Assembly (NCBI RefSeq): GCF_024223415.1
Contig: NZ_CP100500.1
Length of the DNA stretch: 64,000 nucleotides
From: Escherichia coli
GTDB taxonomy: Bacteria > Pseudomonadota > Gammaproteobacteria > Enterobacterales > Enterobacteriaceae
Reading direction: 5' to 3' (one strand)
Made by a program: the position numbers and the translations under genes. Shown piece by piece: positions 42,358 to 56,505 of the stretch (positions within the stretch are counted from its first letter, which is position 1; each line of letters begins with the position of its first letter). Under the pieces are notes generated by a model. That model did not search any database and was not told the origin of the DNA. It was given only the letters and a program-made list of their open reading frames with translations.

Positions 42358-42771
42358 TTAACTGCCACGATAGGTTGAATACCCATATTGGCTGAGTAAT
42401 AAAGGCACATGATAATGCTCGTTCACTTTATTGATATGAAATTCAACGGGGATCTCAGGGAAGAAACTTTCAAGATTTTGTTTCTTGAAATAGTCCCCGG
42501 TTTTAAATACGACACGGTAATCGCCAGTAGTCGCAGTTTGCTCGGGCCACAGTGCCTTAATTCGTCCATCCTTATCTGTTTTGGCGGTATTAAGTTGTAA
42601 CCAGCCGTTGTCCGCTTTCTTTTCAAGAGTGACTGTCACGTCGGCAGCGGGTTTTCCTGTTTGCTGGTTCAAAATATGCACGCTAAGAATGTTTTGTTGT
42701 GCAGCATAGACCAAAGAAGGTAATGAAAATGCAGCCGTTACTACGGAGAGTACTAAATAACGCTTTAACAT
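42358..42771 (-). CDS. hiuH: 5-hydroxyisourate hydrolase (transthyretin-like)
   Basis: 137 aa ending in YRGS. Confidence 0.9.
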   Translation of the reverse strand: MLKRYLVLSVVTAAFSLPSLVYAAQQNILSVHILNQQTGKPAADVTVTLEKKADNGWLQLNTAKTDKDGRIKALWPEQTATTGDYRVVFKTGDYFKKQNLESFFPEIPVEFHINKVNEHYHVPLLLSQYGYSTYRGS

Positions 42772-42840
42772 GTTTATATCCTTGTCATGTGAATGATTTT
42801 TGAGGATAGCGAAAAAACGTCCAGGGTAACCTTACAGAAG

Positions 42841-42858
42841 CATTACAATTTTGTAATG
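42841..42858. promoter_or_regulatory. HprR-box-like palindrome in the hiuH/hprR divergent region
   Basis: cattacaattttgtaatg, perfect inverted repeat. Confidence 0.6.
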
Positions 42859-42903
42859 AACCAGGCTGTTTCTATAACATATGATTTATGGCATATTATT
42901 TTC

Positions 42904-43575
42904 ATGAAGATTCTACTTATTGAAGATAATCAAAGGACCCAGGAATGGGTAACGCAGGGGCTTTCCGAAGCGGGTTATGTCATTGATGCCGTTACTGATG
43001 GCAGAGATGGGCTTTATCTTGCGCTGAAGGATGATTATGCATTGATCATTCTGGATATTATGCTTCCGGGTATGGATGGCTGGCAGATCTTACAAACGTT
43101 AAGAACGGCAAAGCAAACTCCTGTTATTTGCCTTACTGCAAGAGATTCTGTCGATGACAGAGTCAGAGGGCTGGACAGTGGGGCAAATGATTATCTGGTA
43201 AAACCTTTTTCATTTTCTGAGTTGCTGGCAAGGGTTCGGGCACAATTAAGGCAACATCACGCTTTGAATTCAACACTAGAAATCAGCGGCTTAAGAATGG
43301 ACTCTGTTAGTCAAAGTGTGAGCAGGGACAATATCAATATTACACTGACGCGCAAGGAGTTTCAGTTACTTTGGCTACTGGCCTCCAGAGCTGGCGAAAT
43401 TATACCCAGAACGGTTATTGCGAGTGAAATTTGGGGAATCAACTTTGATAGTGATACCAATACGGTGGATGTCGCCATTCGCAGGCTCCGCGCAAAAGTT
43501 GATGATCCTTTTCCTGAAAAGCTAATCGCCACAATCCGGGGGATGGGCTATTCATTCGTAGCGGTAAAAAAATAA
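42904..43575 (+). CDS. hprR: OmpR-family response regulator
   Basis: 223 aa from MKILLIEDNQRTQEWV. Confidence 0.9.
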   Translation: MKILLIEDNQRTQEWVTQGLSEAGYVIDAVTDGRDGLYLALKDDYALIILDIMLPGMDGWQILQTLRTAKQTPVICLTARDSVDDRVRGLDSGANDYLVKPFSFSELLARVRAQLRQHHALNSTLEISGLRMDSVSQSVSRDNINITLTRKEFQLLWLLASRAGEIIPRTVIASEIWGINFDSDTNTVDVAIRRLRAKVDDPFPEKLIATIRGMGYSFVAVKK

Positions 43576-44933
43576 TGAAAAGATTATCTATAACCGTCCG
43601 TTTAACCTTGCTTTTTATATTGCTGCTGTCTGTTGCTGGCGCTGGAATTGTATGGACTCTCTATAATGGCCTGGCAAGTGAGTTGAAATGGCGCGATGAT
43701 ACAACACTCATTAACCGGACAGCGCAGATCAAGCAGTTGTTAATTGATGGGGTAAATCCAGATACGTTACCTGTGTACTTTAACCGGATGATGGATGTTA
43801 GTCAGGATATCTTGATCATTCATGGTGATAGCATCAACAAAATTGTTAACCGGACGAATGTCAGTGATGACATGTTAAATAACATACCTGCTACTGAGAC
43901 AATCAGCGCAGCTGGCATTTACAGAAGCATTATTAATGACACAGAGATAGATGCTTTACGAATTAATATTGATGAAGTTTCGCCATCATTAACGGTTACT
44001 GTGGCTAAATTGGCTTCAGCCAGACATAACATGCTTGAACAGTATAAAATTAATAGCATTATAATTTGCATTGTCGCCATTATACTGTGCTCAGTATTAA
44101 GTCCGTTGTTAATCAGAACGGGGTTACGAGAGATCAAAAAGTTGAGTGGTGTAACGGAAGCGCTGAATTATAACGATAGCCGAGAGCCTGTTGAGGTTAG
44201 CGCATTACCGAGAGAACTAAAACCTCTTGGGCAGGCGTTGAATAAAATGCACCAAGCCTTAGTCAAAGATTTTGAACGCCTAAGTCAATTTGCTGACGAT
44301 CTCGCTCATGAACTTAGAACGCCAATTAATGCATTACTGGGTCAGAATCAGGTTACGCTCAGTCAAACCAGAAGTATCGCTGAATATCAAAAAACAATTG
44401 CCGGAAACATTGAAGAGCTGGAAAATATTTCGCGGTTAACAGAGAATATACTGTTTCTTGCCAGGGCAGATAAAAACAATGTTTTGGTGAAACTGGATTC
44501 GCTTTCTCTCAATAAGGAAGTCGAAAATTTGTTGGACTATCTTGAATACCTTTCAGACGAGAAAGAGATTTGCTTTAAGGTCGAGTGCAATCAGCAAATC
44601 TTTGCGGATAAAATTTTACTGCAACGAATGTTATCGAATCTTATTGTTAACGCCATTCGATATTCACCAGAAAAATCGCGCATTCATATAACCAGTTTTC
44701 TTGATACCAACGGCTATCTTAATATTGATATCGCCAGCCCTGGAACGAAAATTAATGAGCCTGAAAAACTCTTCCGTAGATTTTGGCGGGGAGATAATTC
44801 GCGTCATTCCGTAGGTCAGGGACTTGGTCTTTCTTTAGTCAAAGCGATTGCCGAATTACATGGAGGAAGTGCTACGTATCACTATCTCAATAAGCATAAC
44901 GTGTTCCGAATTACGTTACCGCAAAGAAATTAA
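43575..44933 (+). CDS. hprS: sensor histidine kinase
   Basis: 452 aa; HAMP/HisKA/ATPase-type sequence; overlaps the hprR stop. Confidence 0.9.
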   Translation: MKRLSITVRLTLLFILLLSVAGAGIVWTLYNGLASELKWRDDTTLINRTAQIKQLLIDGVNPDTLPVYFNRMMDVSQDILIIHGDSINKIVNRTNVSDDMLNNIPATETISAAGIYRSIINDTEIDALRINIDEVSPSLTVTVAKLASARHNMLEQYKINSIIICIVAIILCSVLSPLLIRTGLREIKKLSGVTEALNYNDSREPVEVSALPRELKPLGQALNKMHQALVKDFERLSQFADDLAHELRTPINALLGQNQVTLSQTRSIAEYQKTIAGNIEELENISRLTENILFLARADKNNVLVKLDSLSLNKEVENLLDYLEYLSDEKEICFKVECNQQIFADKILLQRMLSNLIVNAIRYSPEKSRIHITSFLDTNGYLNIDIASPGTKINEPEKLFRRFWRGDNSRHSVGQGLGLSLVKAIAELHGGSATYHYLNKHNVFRITLPQRN

Positions 44934-45040
44934 CATAGGGCTTCAGTACGCCATAAATTAACCGTGAAAAAACGCAGTCACGTCGTAAGTACTAACGCAG
45001 CTGCGATTGATTATGCGCTTACATTCAAACGTAACAGGGA

Positions 45041-45892
45041 TTAACCCGCGTAAGCTGCCAGCATTTCCTGCGCCGCCAGTTTACCCAACGCATTCGCTGC
45101 GAAAGGACTGTCGCCGGTGAGAACTTTACGGTCCTTATGTACTCGCCCGGTGATGTCGTCATTAATAATGCTCATGCCCATTTTCTTCAGCTCTTCGCCG
45201 AAGTACCAGGTGAGATGACCCGGCATATAGCCAATATCTGGCGTTTGTTTGTCTGCGGCGTCTGGGAATGCGCAAATGGAATAACCATTCAGTGGGTTAT
45301 CGCCGTGGCGAAGCGCCAGAAATGCCGCCGGGCCGTGGCAAAGGGAGATAACAAAACGGTCATTTTTGATTGCCCACTGTAAAGCGGCAGCCACGTCCTG
45401 GCTTTCTGGTAAACCAATAAGTGCGCCATGACCACCAGGAACAAAGATTGCTGCATATTCGCTGTCAGCGTTGAGGCTGGCGACAACATCCGCGAGTTTC
45501 TTCGGATTGCGGAACAACGATTTATGCTGCTCAAAGAATGGCATTACTTTTTCATCTTTGTGTGGCATAGCCCAGTATTCAAACTTGGTCATCAGACCGG
45601 AAATGGTCGCCACTTCGAATTCGAAACCTGCAGCATGGAGATGATACAACGGCAGCAACGTTTCAATCGGATGGTTACCGGTCGAGAACAGTTTTCCGTT
45701 ATCGGTCGGCAAATAACGTTCGTCCGCGGCGATCACCAGAATTTTATGTTTCCCGCGATACGGTTTTGGATAGTCCACGCCATCAAGATCAGAGACGGGA
45801 CTCGTATATTGGCTAAGCGAATATTCTGAAGGGAAGAATGCATTATCTTCAGCAATATCGACCTGCGGGTTTTTACTTGTTTGAACAGTCAT
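45041..45892 (-). CDS. hchA: Hsp31 chaperone / glyoxalase III
   Basis: 283 aa, MTVQTSKNPQVDIAEDNAFFPSEYSLSQ. Confidence 0.95.
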   Translation of the reverse strand: MTVQTSKNPQVDIAEDNAFFPSEYSLSQYTSPVSDLDGVDYPKPYRGKHKILVIAADERYLPTDNGKLFSTGNHPIETLLPLYHLHAAGFEFEVATISGLMTKFEYWAMPHKDEKVMPFFEQHKSLFRNPKKLADVVASLNADSEYAAIFVPGGHGALIGLPESQDVAAALQWAIKNDRFVISLCHGPAAFLALRHGDNPLNGYSICAFPDAADKQTPDIGYMPGHLTWYFGEELKKMGMSIINDDITGRVHKDRKVLTGDSPFAANALGKLAAQEMLAAYAG

Positions 45893-46483
45893 AGTGTATT
45901 CCTTATTGTTGCTTAGTTAGGGTAGTCACTATATTTGCGACTGAGCTGGTCGTTATTTTTACCCAGGCTGGAAAATTGAGTCAATATATCGAAAGCGGTA
46001 GTCGGCGGGCGTAAGTATGTAATGATGATGCTGCACTGGTGTTGAATATTATTCACACCAACTTTTCCTTATTGAGCAACGCCGTCGCAAGTGGCCTCAA
46101 TGATTTTAGACCATTATCAGAGATCCGGGGCGGCAGGGAGAGATTTAGTGCTGTGGAATATTGTGGTGCTGATGAATATTTATATCCCGGATTGGCAGAG
46201 AAAAAGCTTTTTTCATGCACTATTTTTGCAAATATTTCTATATGGACGGCGGTTTTGTTGCGGATTAATTCATAAAGAAATGCATTTGGGTGTTGGCTGG
46301 AAGAAACGCTGGTAGATTTTATTGAGCCAGGAGGGGCGGGGTAATGTGCTGTATCGATATGCTTTGGCAATTGCGTGTGCCGCAGATGGAGATGAAATGC
46401 CAATAAAAAAGCCTGAGTTCGATGAGGGACGAACTCAGGCTAGTGTTTAGTTTTACAGTAACACGCCGCGGCGCGTTGGCTGA

Positions 46484-47671
46484 TTAGAACTGGTAGACTA
46501 AGCCCACAGCAACGATATCATCGGTAGCGATACCGTTTTCTTTGTAGAAGTCGTCGTCGTTGTCCAGCAGGTTGATTTTGTAATCAACGTAGGTGGACAT
46601 GTTTTTGTTAAAGTAATAGGTCGCACCGACTTCAACGTATTTAACCAGATCTTTGTTTGCGTAGTGATGATTACCCTGGCTATCAAAGTTATCACCATTC
46701 AATCCGCCTAAATCCTTACCTTTAGATTGCAGGTAAGCGATGGACGGGCGCAGACCGAAGTCGAACTGATACTGAGCAACAACTTCAAAGTTTTGGGTTT
46801 TGTTAGCGATGGCATCAGCATCACCGTAACCAGTCATGTTACGGGTTTCAGCATACATAGCTGCTAAGTAAACGTTATTAGCGTCGTATTTAGCACCAAC
46901 GGTCCATGCTTCTGCTGTTTCACCGCCAGCAGTTGCATCGAAGCGATCTCCATAACGAGTGTTATGCAAACCTTTGTGAACCTGATTGTCAGTACGGTCA
47001 GAATTAGAATATGCAGCACCCAGACTTAAACCAAAGTCAAAGTCATAGGAAGTGGACATACCGTAACCGTCGCCGTTCTCTTTAGCAAGTTTACGGCCAT
47101 TCCCGTTACCTGAACCTTCTTGATCAAATAATCCGCTTTTCTCGTTGTTACCTTGATACTGGAGTGCAAAGTTCAGACCATCAACTTGACCAAAGAAACC
47201 ATTGTTACGATAGGTTGCTACGCTGTTAGCACGACCGTTCATGAAGTTGTCGGCACCAGCATAGGTATCGCCACCAAATTCTGGCAGCATATCGGTCCAT
47301 GCTTCGATGTCATATACGACACCGTAGTTACGACCATAGTCGAAAGTACCATTCTGACCAAAGCCTAAACCTGCAAATGCCAGACGCGTTGCGGTATTAC
47401 CTTTGTCGCTTTCAGGACCGTTTGCGCCAATGTTAAATTCCCACTGACCATAACCAGTGAATTGGTCAGCGATCTGAGTTTCACCTTTGAAACCGATACG
47501 GGCATATGACATGTCGCCATCGCTGCCAGCATCATCAGAGAAGTAGTGCAGGCCCGCTACTTTTCCGTACAAATCCAGTTTATTACCATCTTTATTATAG
47601 ACTTCAGCCGCATTTGCTGCGCCAGCAACTAATAACGCCGGGACCAGCATTGCCAGAACTTTTCTTTTCAT
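46484..47671 (-). CDS. yedS: general outer-membrane porin (OmpC/OmpF/NmpC family), intact
   Basis: 395 aa from [22 protein letters not shown]-terminal ...VGLVYQF beta-barrel signature. Confidence 0.8.
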   Translation of the reverse strand: MKRKVLAMLVPALLVAGAANAAEVYNKDGNKLDLYGKVAGLHYFSDDAGSDGDMSYARIGFKGETQIADQFTGYGQWEFNIGANGPESDKGNTATRLAFAGLGFGQNGTFDYGRNYGVVYDIEAWTDMLPEFGGDTYAGADNFMNGRANSVATYRNNGFFGQVDGLNFALQYQGNNEKSGLFDQEGSGNGNGRKLAKENGDGYGMSTSYDFDFGLSLGAAYSNSDRTDNQVHKGLHNTRYGDRFDATAGGETAEAWTVGAKYDANNVYLAAMYAETRNMTGYGDADAIANKTQNFEVVAQYQFDFGLRPSIAYLQSKGKDLGGLNGDNFDSQGNHHYANKDLVKYVEVGATYYFNKNMSTYVDYKINLLDNDDDFYKENGIATDDIVAVGLVYQF

Positions 47672-48235
47672 TATGTATTCCCTTGTGATTATAATCTTCA
47701 TGGATATATCAATAAGTGCCGTTATCCAAAAAAGCACATTTGGATACTATTCTATGAAGTTCATTTTATTTTAAGGGTTACATGTAACAAATGTATTTAA
47801 AAGATTTCAAAATGTTTCCAATCTATTTAATATAATTCAGAATTATGAATTCTAGATATAAGCATTCATGAGATTTATAAATATATATCAATATGTTATG
47901 AGTTAATCGGAAAGATAGGGAGTATCAATGAGTGTTGCGCTAAACGGCTGGTGTGATCACGCGCATATTAATGAAGGCATAAAAAAAAGCCGGCATCATG
48001 CCGGCCCAAAAAATATAAACAAGACGATAAAAGGCTAATAACGGGGTTATCATGACACAGAAATCAAAAAAGGTATAATTGAATTCGGTGCTAATATATT
48101 GTTTAGGTGAATTAATAAAACCATTACCATAGATAATAATAAATCTTTATTGCTGTTTTTCCGGTAATTATTGCCATTGCGCAAAAATTATCTATTTGTT
48201 CAAAAAATGATTGAGTCTTGACTGGCTCATCCAAT

Positions 48236-48601
48236 GTGAAAAAATGTGACTTTTATCACATAATAGTACTAAGTCTGAATTTTCCGGGTTATCTCAAAAT
48301 GGAATACGGTTCGACAAAGATGGAAGAGAGACTCTCTCGCAGTCCTGGTGGCAAACTGGCTTTGTGGGCTTTCTATACATGGTGTGGCTATTTTGTCTGG
48401 GCAATGGCGCGTTACATCTGGGTGATGAGCCGGATCCCCGATGCCCCTGTGTCGGGATTTGAAAGCGATTTAGGCTCTACCGCGGGAAAGTGGTTAGGGG
48501 CACTGGTTGGCTTTTTATTTATGGCTCTGGTCGGGGCATTGTTAGGCAGCATTGCCTGGTACACCCGACCTCGTCCCGCACGTAGCAGACGCTATGAATA
48601 A
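48236..48601 (+). CDS. yedR: small inner-membrane protein
   Basis: 121 aa assuming a GTG start; two hydrophobic helices. Confidence 0.7.
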   Translation: MKKCDFYHIIVLSLNFPGYLKMEYGSTKMEERLSRSPGGKLALWAFYTWCGYFVWAMARYIWVMSRIPDAPVSGFESDLGSTAGKWLGALVGFLFMALVGALLGSIAWYTRPRPARSRRYE

Positions 48602-48640
48602 AAACTGCTAAGGTTGCGACTCTTTGGCAACGGAGCGCGT

Positions 48641-49336
48641 ATGGACGTACAACACTGGCAGGCACAGTTCGAAAACTGGTTGAAAAACCATCACCAGCAC
48701 CAGGACGCGGCCCATGACGTGTGTCATTTTCGCCGCGTCTGGGCTACGGCACAGAAGCTGGCGGCAGATGACGATGTCGATATGCTGGTGATTTTAACCG
48801 CCTGTTATTTTCACGATATTGTGAGCCTGGCGAAAAATCATCCACAACGGCAGCGTTCTTCAATCCTGGCGGCAGAAGAGACGCGTCGCCTGCTCCGTGA
48901 AGAGTTCGTGCAATTTCCGGCGGAGAAAATCGAGGCCGTTTGTCATGCCATTGCCGCTCACAGTTTCAGCGCGCAAATCGCCCCCTTAACAACGGAAGCT
49001 AAAATCGTCCAGGATGCGGATCGGCTGGAAGCCCTGGGGGCGATTGGCCTGGCGCGCGTCTTTGCTGTTTCAGGGGCATTGGGCGTGGCGCTGTTTGATG
49101 GCGAAGATCCGTTCGCACAGCATCGCCCGCTGGATGATAAACGCTACGCGCTGGATCATTTCCAGACTAAGTTGCTGAAGCTACCGCAAACCATGCAAAC
49201 CGCAAGAGGCAAGCAGCTGGCGCAGCACAACGCGCAATTTTTAGTCGAGTTTATGGAGAAGCTCAGTGCCGAACTGGCGGGGGAGAATGAAGGTGTCGAT
49301 CACAAGGTGATAGATGCGTTTTCACCCGCGGGATAA
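48641..49336 (+). CDS. yedJ: HD-domain phosphohydrolase
   Basis: 231 aa from the internal Met; HD motif ...YFHDIV. Confidence 0.85.
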   Translation: MDVQHWQAQFENWLKNHHQHQDAAHDVCHFRRVWATAQKLAADDDVDMLVILTACYFHDIVSLAKNHPQRQRSSILAAEETRRLLREEFVQFPAEKIEAVCHAIAAHSFSAQIAPLTTEAKIVQDADRLEALGAIGLARVFAVSGALGVALFDGEDPFAQHRPLDDKRYALDHFQTKLLKLPQTMQTARGKQLAQHNAQFLVEFMEKLSAELAGENEGVDHKVIDAFSPAG

Positions 49337-49402
49337 GCGCGTGGCCCTAAATGGCTGTAATTATGTTAACCTGTCGGCCATCTCAGATGGCCGGTTAAAT
49401 CT

Positions 49403-50821
49403 ATGCAGGAAAATATATCAGTAACCGATTCATACAGCACCGGGAATGCCGCACAGGCAATGCTGGAGAAACTGCTGCAAATTTATGATGTTAAAACGCT
49501 GGTGGCGCAGCTTAATGGTGTGGGTGAGAATCACTGGAGCGCGGCAATTTTAAAACGTGCGCTGGCGAATGACTCGGCATGGCACCGTTTAAGTGAGAAA
49601 GAGTTCGCCCATCTGCAAACGTTGTTACCCAAACCACCGGCACATCATCCGCATTATGCGTTTCGCTTTATCGATCTATTTGCCGGAATTGGCGGCATCC
49701 GTCGCGGTTTTGAATTGATTGGCGGACAATGCGTGTTTACCAGCGAATGGAACAAACATGCGGTACGCACTTATAAAGCCAACCATTATTGCGATCCGGC
49801 GACGCATCATTTTAATGAAGATATCCGCGATATCACCCTCAGCCATAAAGAAGGCGTGAGTGATGAGGCGGCGGCGGAACATATTCGTCAACACATTCCT
49901 GAACACGATGTTTTACTGGCCGGTTTCCCTTGTCAGCCATTTTCGCTGGCTGGCGTATCGAAAAAGAACTCGCTCGGGCGGGCGCACGGTTTTGCCTGCG
50001 ATACCCAGGGCACGCTGTTTTTTGATGTGGTACGCATTATCGACGCGCGTCGTCCGGCGATGTTTGTGCTCGAAAACGTCAAAAACCTGAAAAGTCACGA
50101 CCAGGGTAAAACGTTCCGCATCATCATGCAGACGCTGGACGAACTGGGCTATGACGTGGCTGATGCAGAAGATAACGGGCCGGACGATCCGAAAATCATC
50201 GATGGTAAACATTTTCTGCCGCAGCACCGTGAACGCATCGTGCTGGTGGGTTTTCGTCGCGATCTTAATCTGAAAGCCGATTTTACTCTGCGTGATATCA
50301 GCGAATGTTTCCCTGCACAGCGAGTGACGCTGGCGCAGCTGTTGGACCCGATGGTCGAGGCGAAATATATCCTGACGCCGGTGCTGTGGAAGTACCTCTA
50401 TCGATATGCGAAAAAACATCAGGCGCGCGGTAACGGCTTCGGTTATGGAATGGTTTATCCGAACAATCCGCAAAGCGTCACGCGTACGCTGTCTGCGCGT
50501 TATTACAAAGATGGCGCGGAAATTTTAATCGATCGCGGCTGGGATATGGCCACGGGTGAGAAAGATTTTGACGATCCGCTGAATCAGCAACATCGTCCAC
50601 GTCGGTTAACGCCTCGGGAATGCGCGCGCTTAATGGGTTTTGAAGCGCCGGGAGAAGCGAAATTCCGCATTCCGGTTTCGGACACTCAGGCCTATCGCCA
50701 GTTCGGTAACTCGGTGGTCGTGCCGGTCTTTGCCGCGCTGGCAAAACTGCTTGAGCCAAAAATCAAACAGGCGGTGGCGTTGCGTCAGCAAGAGGCACAA
50801 CATGGCCGACGTTCACGATAA
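49403..50821 (+). CDS. dcm: DNA-cytosine C5 methyltransferase (CCWGG)
   Basis: 472 aa; motifs FAGIGG and GFPCQPFS. Confidence 0.95.
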   Translation: MQENISVTDSYSTGNAAQAMLEKLLQIYDVKTLVAQLNGVGENHWSAAILKRALANDSAWHRLSEKEFAHLQTLLPKPPAHHPHYAFRFIDLFAGIGGIRRGFELIGGQCVFTSEWNKHAVRTYKANHYCDPATHHFNEDIRDITLSHKEGVSDEAAAEHIRQHIPEHDVLLAGFPCQPFSLAGVSKKNSLGRAHGFACDTQGTLFFDVVRIIDARRPAMFVLENVKNLKSHDQGKTFRIIMQTLDELGYDVADAEDNGPDDPKIIDGKHFLPQHRERIVLVGFRRDLNLKADFTLRDISECFPAQRVTLAQLLDPMVEAKYILTPVLWKYLYRYAKKHQARGNGFGYGMVYPNNPQSVTRTLSARYYKDGAEILIDRGWDMATGEKDFDDPLNQQHRPRRLTPRECARLMGFEAPGEAKFRIPVSDTQAYRQFGNSVVVPVFAALAKLLEPKIKQAVALRQQEAQHGRRSR

Positions 50822-51272
50822 GGCCACTCGCAGCAAAAATATGCGCGCGATTGCCACGCGTGATACGGCGATTGAGAAGCGCCTCGCCAGTCTGTTAACC
50901 GGGCAGGGCCTGGCGTTTCGCGTTCAGGACGCCAGTCTGCCCGGAAGCCCGGATTTTGTCGTTGATGAATATCGCTGCGTGATATTTACCCATGGCTGCT
51001 TCTGGCATCATCATCACTGCTATCTGTTTAAAGTGCCTGCGACTCGAACCGAGTTCTGGCTGGAGAAGATAGGTAAAAATGTTGAACGCGATCGCCGCGA
51101 TATCAGTCGTTTGCAGGAACTCGGCTGGCGCGTACTGATTGTCTGGGAGTGTGCATTACGTGGGCGCGAGAAGCTGACGGATGAAGCGCTTACCGAGCGT
51201 CTGGAAGAGTGGATCTGCGGCGAAGGTGCCAGCGCGCAGATCGACACGCAGGGGATTCATTTACTCGCTTGA
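50802..51272 (+). CDS. vsr: very-short-patch repair endonuclease
   Basis: 156 aa from [14 protein letters not shown]; overlaps the dcm 3' end by 20 bp. Confidence 0.95.
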   Translation: MADVHDKATRSKNMRAIATRDTAIEKRLASLLTGQGLAFRVQDASLPGSPDFVVDEYRCVIFTHGCFWHHHHCYLFKVPATRTEFWLEKIGKNVERDRRDISRLQELGWRVLIVWECALRGREKLTDEALTERLEEWICGEGASAQIDTQGIHLLA

Positions 51273-52181
51273 TGCGTCCTGAATAACTGGCGCAACTAAG
51301 GGTTTTGCCGGGAAGAGATATTTTCCCAACGTGACCAGTACCACCGCGAAGACAATTACGCCGAGCGCCAGCCATTCAATCTTCGACAGCGTCTCTCCGC
51401 CCAGTCCCGTACCCAGCAAGACCGCGACCACCGGGTTAACGTAGGCGTAGCTGGTGGCGAGAGCCGGACTGACATTACGGATTAAATACATATAAGCGTT
51501 GATGGCGATAATCGAACCAAACAGCGCCAGATAGCCGACCGCAAGGAAGCCTGAAAGGGAAGGGAGCGCCGTCAGTTTTTCACCTGCAATCATCGACGCG
51601 ATCATTAACACCACGCCTGCCGCCAGCATCTCAATCGCACCCGCCATCATCCCTACAGGTAAGGTAATGCGCGAGCCATAAACCGAGCCAAACGCCCAGC
51701 TAATCGAGCCGATTAAAATCAGAATCGCGCCCCACGGATTGCCGCTTAAATTTCCACCGCTATTGAGCATGATGATTCCGGCAAGCCCAATGGCAATACC
51801 CACCCATTCCAGTTTGCGCGTTTTAATGCCAAACAGGCGGCTGAAGCACAGGGTAAAGAGGGGCACGGTTGCAACCACTACGGCGGCGATGCCGGAAGGA
51901 ACATTTTGATGTTCGGCAACCGTCACCATGCCATTACCGACAGCCAGCAATAATAGGCCAATCAGCGCGGCATTAAGCAGCGGACGTAGCGGGGGGAGTT
52001 TGTGTCCGCGCAGTAGCAAAAATGCCAGCAATAAAATACCGGCTGCCAGGAATCGCACGCCTGCCATCATTAACGGAGGCCAGCTTTCCACGCCAATCCG
52101 AATGACAAAATAGGTTGAGCCCCAAATGATATACAACGCAAACAGCGCGCCAAAAAGCGGTAACAACTGGCGGAAACGCAT
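51261..52181 (-). CDS. yedA: EamA/DMT-family transporter
   Basis: 306-aa 10-TM protein. Confidence 0.9.
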   Translation of the reverse strand: MRFRQLLPLFGALFALYIIWGSTYFVIRIGVESWPPLMMAGVRFLAAGILLLAFLLLRGHKLPPLRPLLNAALIGLLLLAVGNGMVTVAEHQNVPSGIAAVVVATVPLFTLCFSRLFGIKTRKLEWVGIAIGLAGIIMLNSGGNLSGNPWGAILILIGSISWAFGSVYGSRITLPVGMMAGAIEMLAAGVVLMIASMIAGEKLTALPSLSGFLAVGYLALFGSIIAINAYMYLIRNVSPALATSYAYVNPVVAVLLGTGLGGETLSKIEWLALGVIVFAVVLVTLGKYLFPAKPLVAPVIQDASSE

Positions 52182-52353
52182 AATCCCTCACGGTGGAAAT
52201 AAAAAGGTGGGTCATAGTAAACGTGAAAATCATTCTGCTGACGAGAGATATAATTGCACTTGATTGTTAAAAAAATGTTGACCTGTGAAGCAAGTATCAG
52301 AGCTGCCGTTTTTGCTTCATACTTACACCCTTCAACAATAAAAATGAGAGGGA

Positions 52354-53271
52354 ATGCTTTTGGCCGGGAGTAGTTTACTGACGTTGCTCGATGATATCGC
52401 CACACTGCTGGACGATATCTCCGTGATGGGCAAACTGGCGGCGAAGAAAACCGCCGGTGTATTAGGGGATGACTTATCGCTCAATGCGCAACAAGTTTCA
52501 GGCGTGCGGGCCAACCGGGAACTTCCCGTGGTCTGGGGCGTGGCGAAAGGATCGCTGATTAATAAAGTGATTCTGGTGCCGCTGGCGCTGATCATCAGTG
52601 CGTTTATCCCGTGGGCGATTACGCCTCTGTTGATGATTGGTGGCGCGTTTCTCTGCTTTGAAGGAGTAGAGAAAGTGCTGCATATGCTGGAGGCTCGTAA
52701 ACATAAAGAAGATCCGGCGCAGAGCCAGCAGCGTCTGGAGAAGCTGGCGGCGCAGGATCCGCTGAAGTTTGAAAAGGACAAAATAAAAGGGGCGATTCGT
52801 ACCGATTTTATATTGTCTGCGGAAATCGTCGCCATCACGCTGGGGATTGTGGCCGAAGCGCCGTTGCTTAATCAGGTGCTGGTGCTTTCAGGCATCGCGC
52901 TGGTAGTGACCGTGGGCGTCTACGGTCTGGTAGGGGTTATCGTTAAGATTGATGACCTGGGGTATTGGCTGGCGGAAAAATCCAGCGCGCTGATGCAGGC
53001 ATTAGGTAAAGGGTTATTGATCATTGCGCCCTGGTTGATGAAAGCATTATCGATTGTCGGCACGCTGGCGATGTTCCTCGTCGGCGGCGGGATTGTGGTA
53101 CATGGTATTGCGCCGCTGCATCACGCCATTGAACATTTCGCCGGGCAGCAAAGTGCAGTGGTGGCGATGATATTACCGACTGTTTTAAATCTGATTCTTG
53201 GATTTATCATCGGCGGCATCGTGGTGCTGGGAGTGAAAGCCGTAGCGAAAATACGCGGTCAGGCACATTAA
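52354..53271 (+). CDS. yedI: DUF808 inner-membrane protein
   Basis: 305 aa. Confidence 0.85.
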   Translation: MLLAGSSLLTLLDDIATLLDDISVMGKLAAKKTAGVLGDDLSLNAQQVSGVRANRELPVVWGVAKGSLINKVILVPLALIISAFIPWAITPLLMIGGAFLCFEGVEKVLHMLEARKHKEDPAQSQQRLEKLAAQDPLKFEKDKIKGAIRTDFILSAEIVAITLGIVAEAPLLNQVLVLSGIALVVTVGVYGLVGVIVKIDDLGYWLAEKSSALMQALGKGLLIIAPWLMKALSIVGTLAMFLVGGGIVVHGIAPLHHAIEHFAGQQSAVVAMILPTVLNLILGFIIGGIVVLGVKAVAKIRGQAH

Positions 53272-53349
53272 TACTCGCACAGGCTATTATGCAAAATTCG
53301 CCATCTTCAACTAAGGTGAACAAGTTTCACTCGAAAAAAGGAGGCGAGT

Positions 53350-53592
53350 ATGAGCTTTATGGTTAGTGAGGAAGTTACGGTTAAAGAGGGCGGCCCGCGG
53401 ATGATTGTCACTGGATACTCCAGCGGTATGGTTGAGTGTCGTTGGTATGACGGTTACGGGGTCAAGCGGGAGCTTTTCATGAAACCGAGCTTGTTCCGGG
53501 GGAGGGGAGTCGTTCTGCGGAAGAAGTTTGAAAGGGTATCATTAACACCAGGCCGGATCACATCCGGCCTGGTGTGCCAATGCCTGCAATGA
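53350..53592 (+). CDS. yodC: small DUF2158-like protein; 3' end uncertain (a perfect hairpin lies inside the predicted C-terminus)
   Basis: MSFMVSEEVTVKEGGPRMIVTGYSSGMVECRWYDGYGVKRE. Confidence 0.5.
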   Translation: MSFMVSEEVTVKEGGPRMIVTGYSSGMVECRWYDGYGVKRELFMKPSLFRGRGVVLRKKFERVSLTPGRITSGLVCQCLQ

Positions 53593-53701
53593 ATGATAGT
53601 CGCGTCTTATCATGCCACCATTATAAAATTATCGCTGTTTTGCGGTACGCTATCGCCAGGTTATGCCAGAATCATAAAAAAGCAGGTTGGGAGTCGTCAG
53701 G

Positions 53702-56226
<2,525 letters not shown>

Positions 56227-56405
56227 TTACCAGGATGATTCTCAAAACAGCACAAATTATCAAAGATGATTTTTTCGGGAGCGATCCCGCTGACGCCAGA
56301 GCCACCAAGGGGTGACGTGCGTCACATTTCTATTCATAAGTAGCGTTAATCATTCATATAGCGAATATTTTCTTGTCAGCGAAAAAAATTGCGGATAAGG
56401 TGATG

Positions 56406-56492
56406 AACACATCAGATTTCCTGGTGTAACGAATTTTTTAAGTGCTTCTTGCTTAAGCAAGTTTCATCCCGACCCCCTCAGGGTCGGGATTT
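56406..56492 (+). ncRNA. dsrA: DsrA small regulatory RNA (activates rpoS, represses hns)
   Basis: AACACATCAGATTTCCTGGTGTAACGAATTTTTTAAGTGCTTCTTGCTTAAGCAAGTTTCATCCCGACCCCCTCAGGGTCGGGATTT matches DsrA as recalled, including its terminator. Confidence 0.9.
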
Positions 56493-56505
56493 TTTTATTG
56501 TGCAT

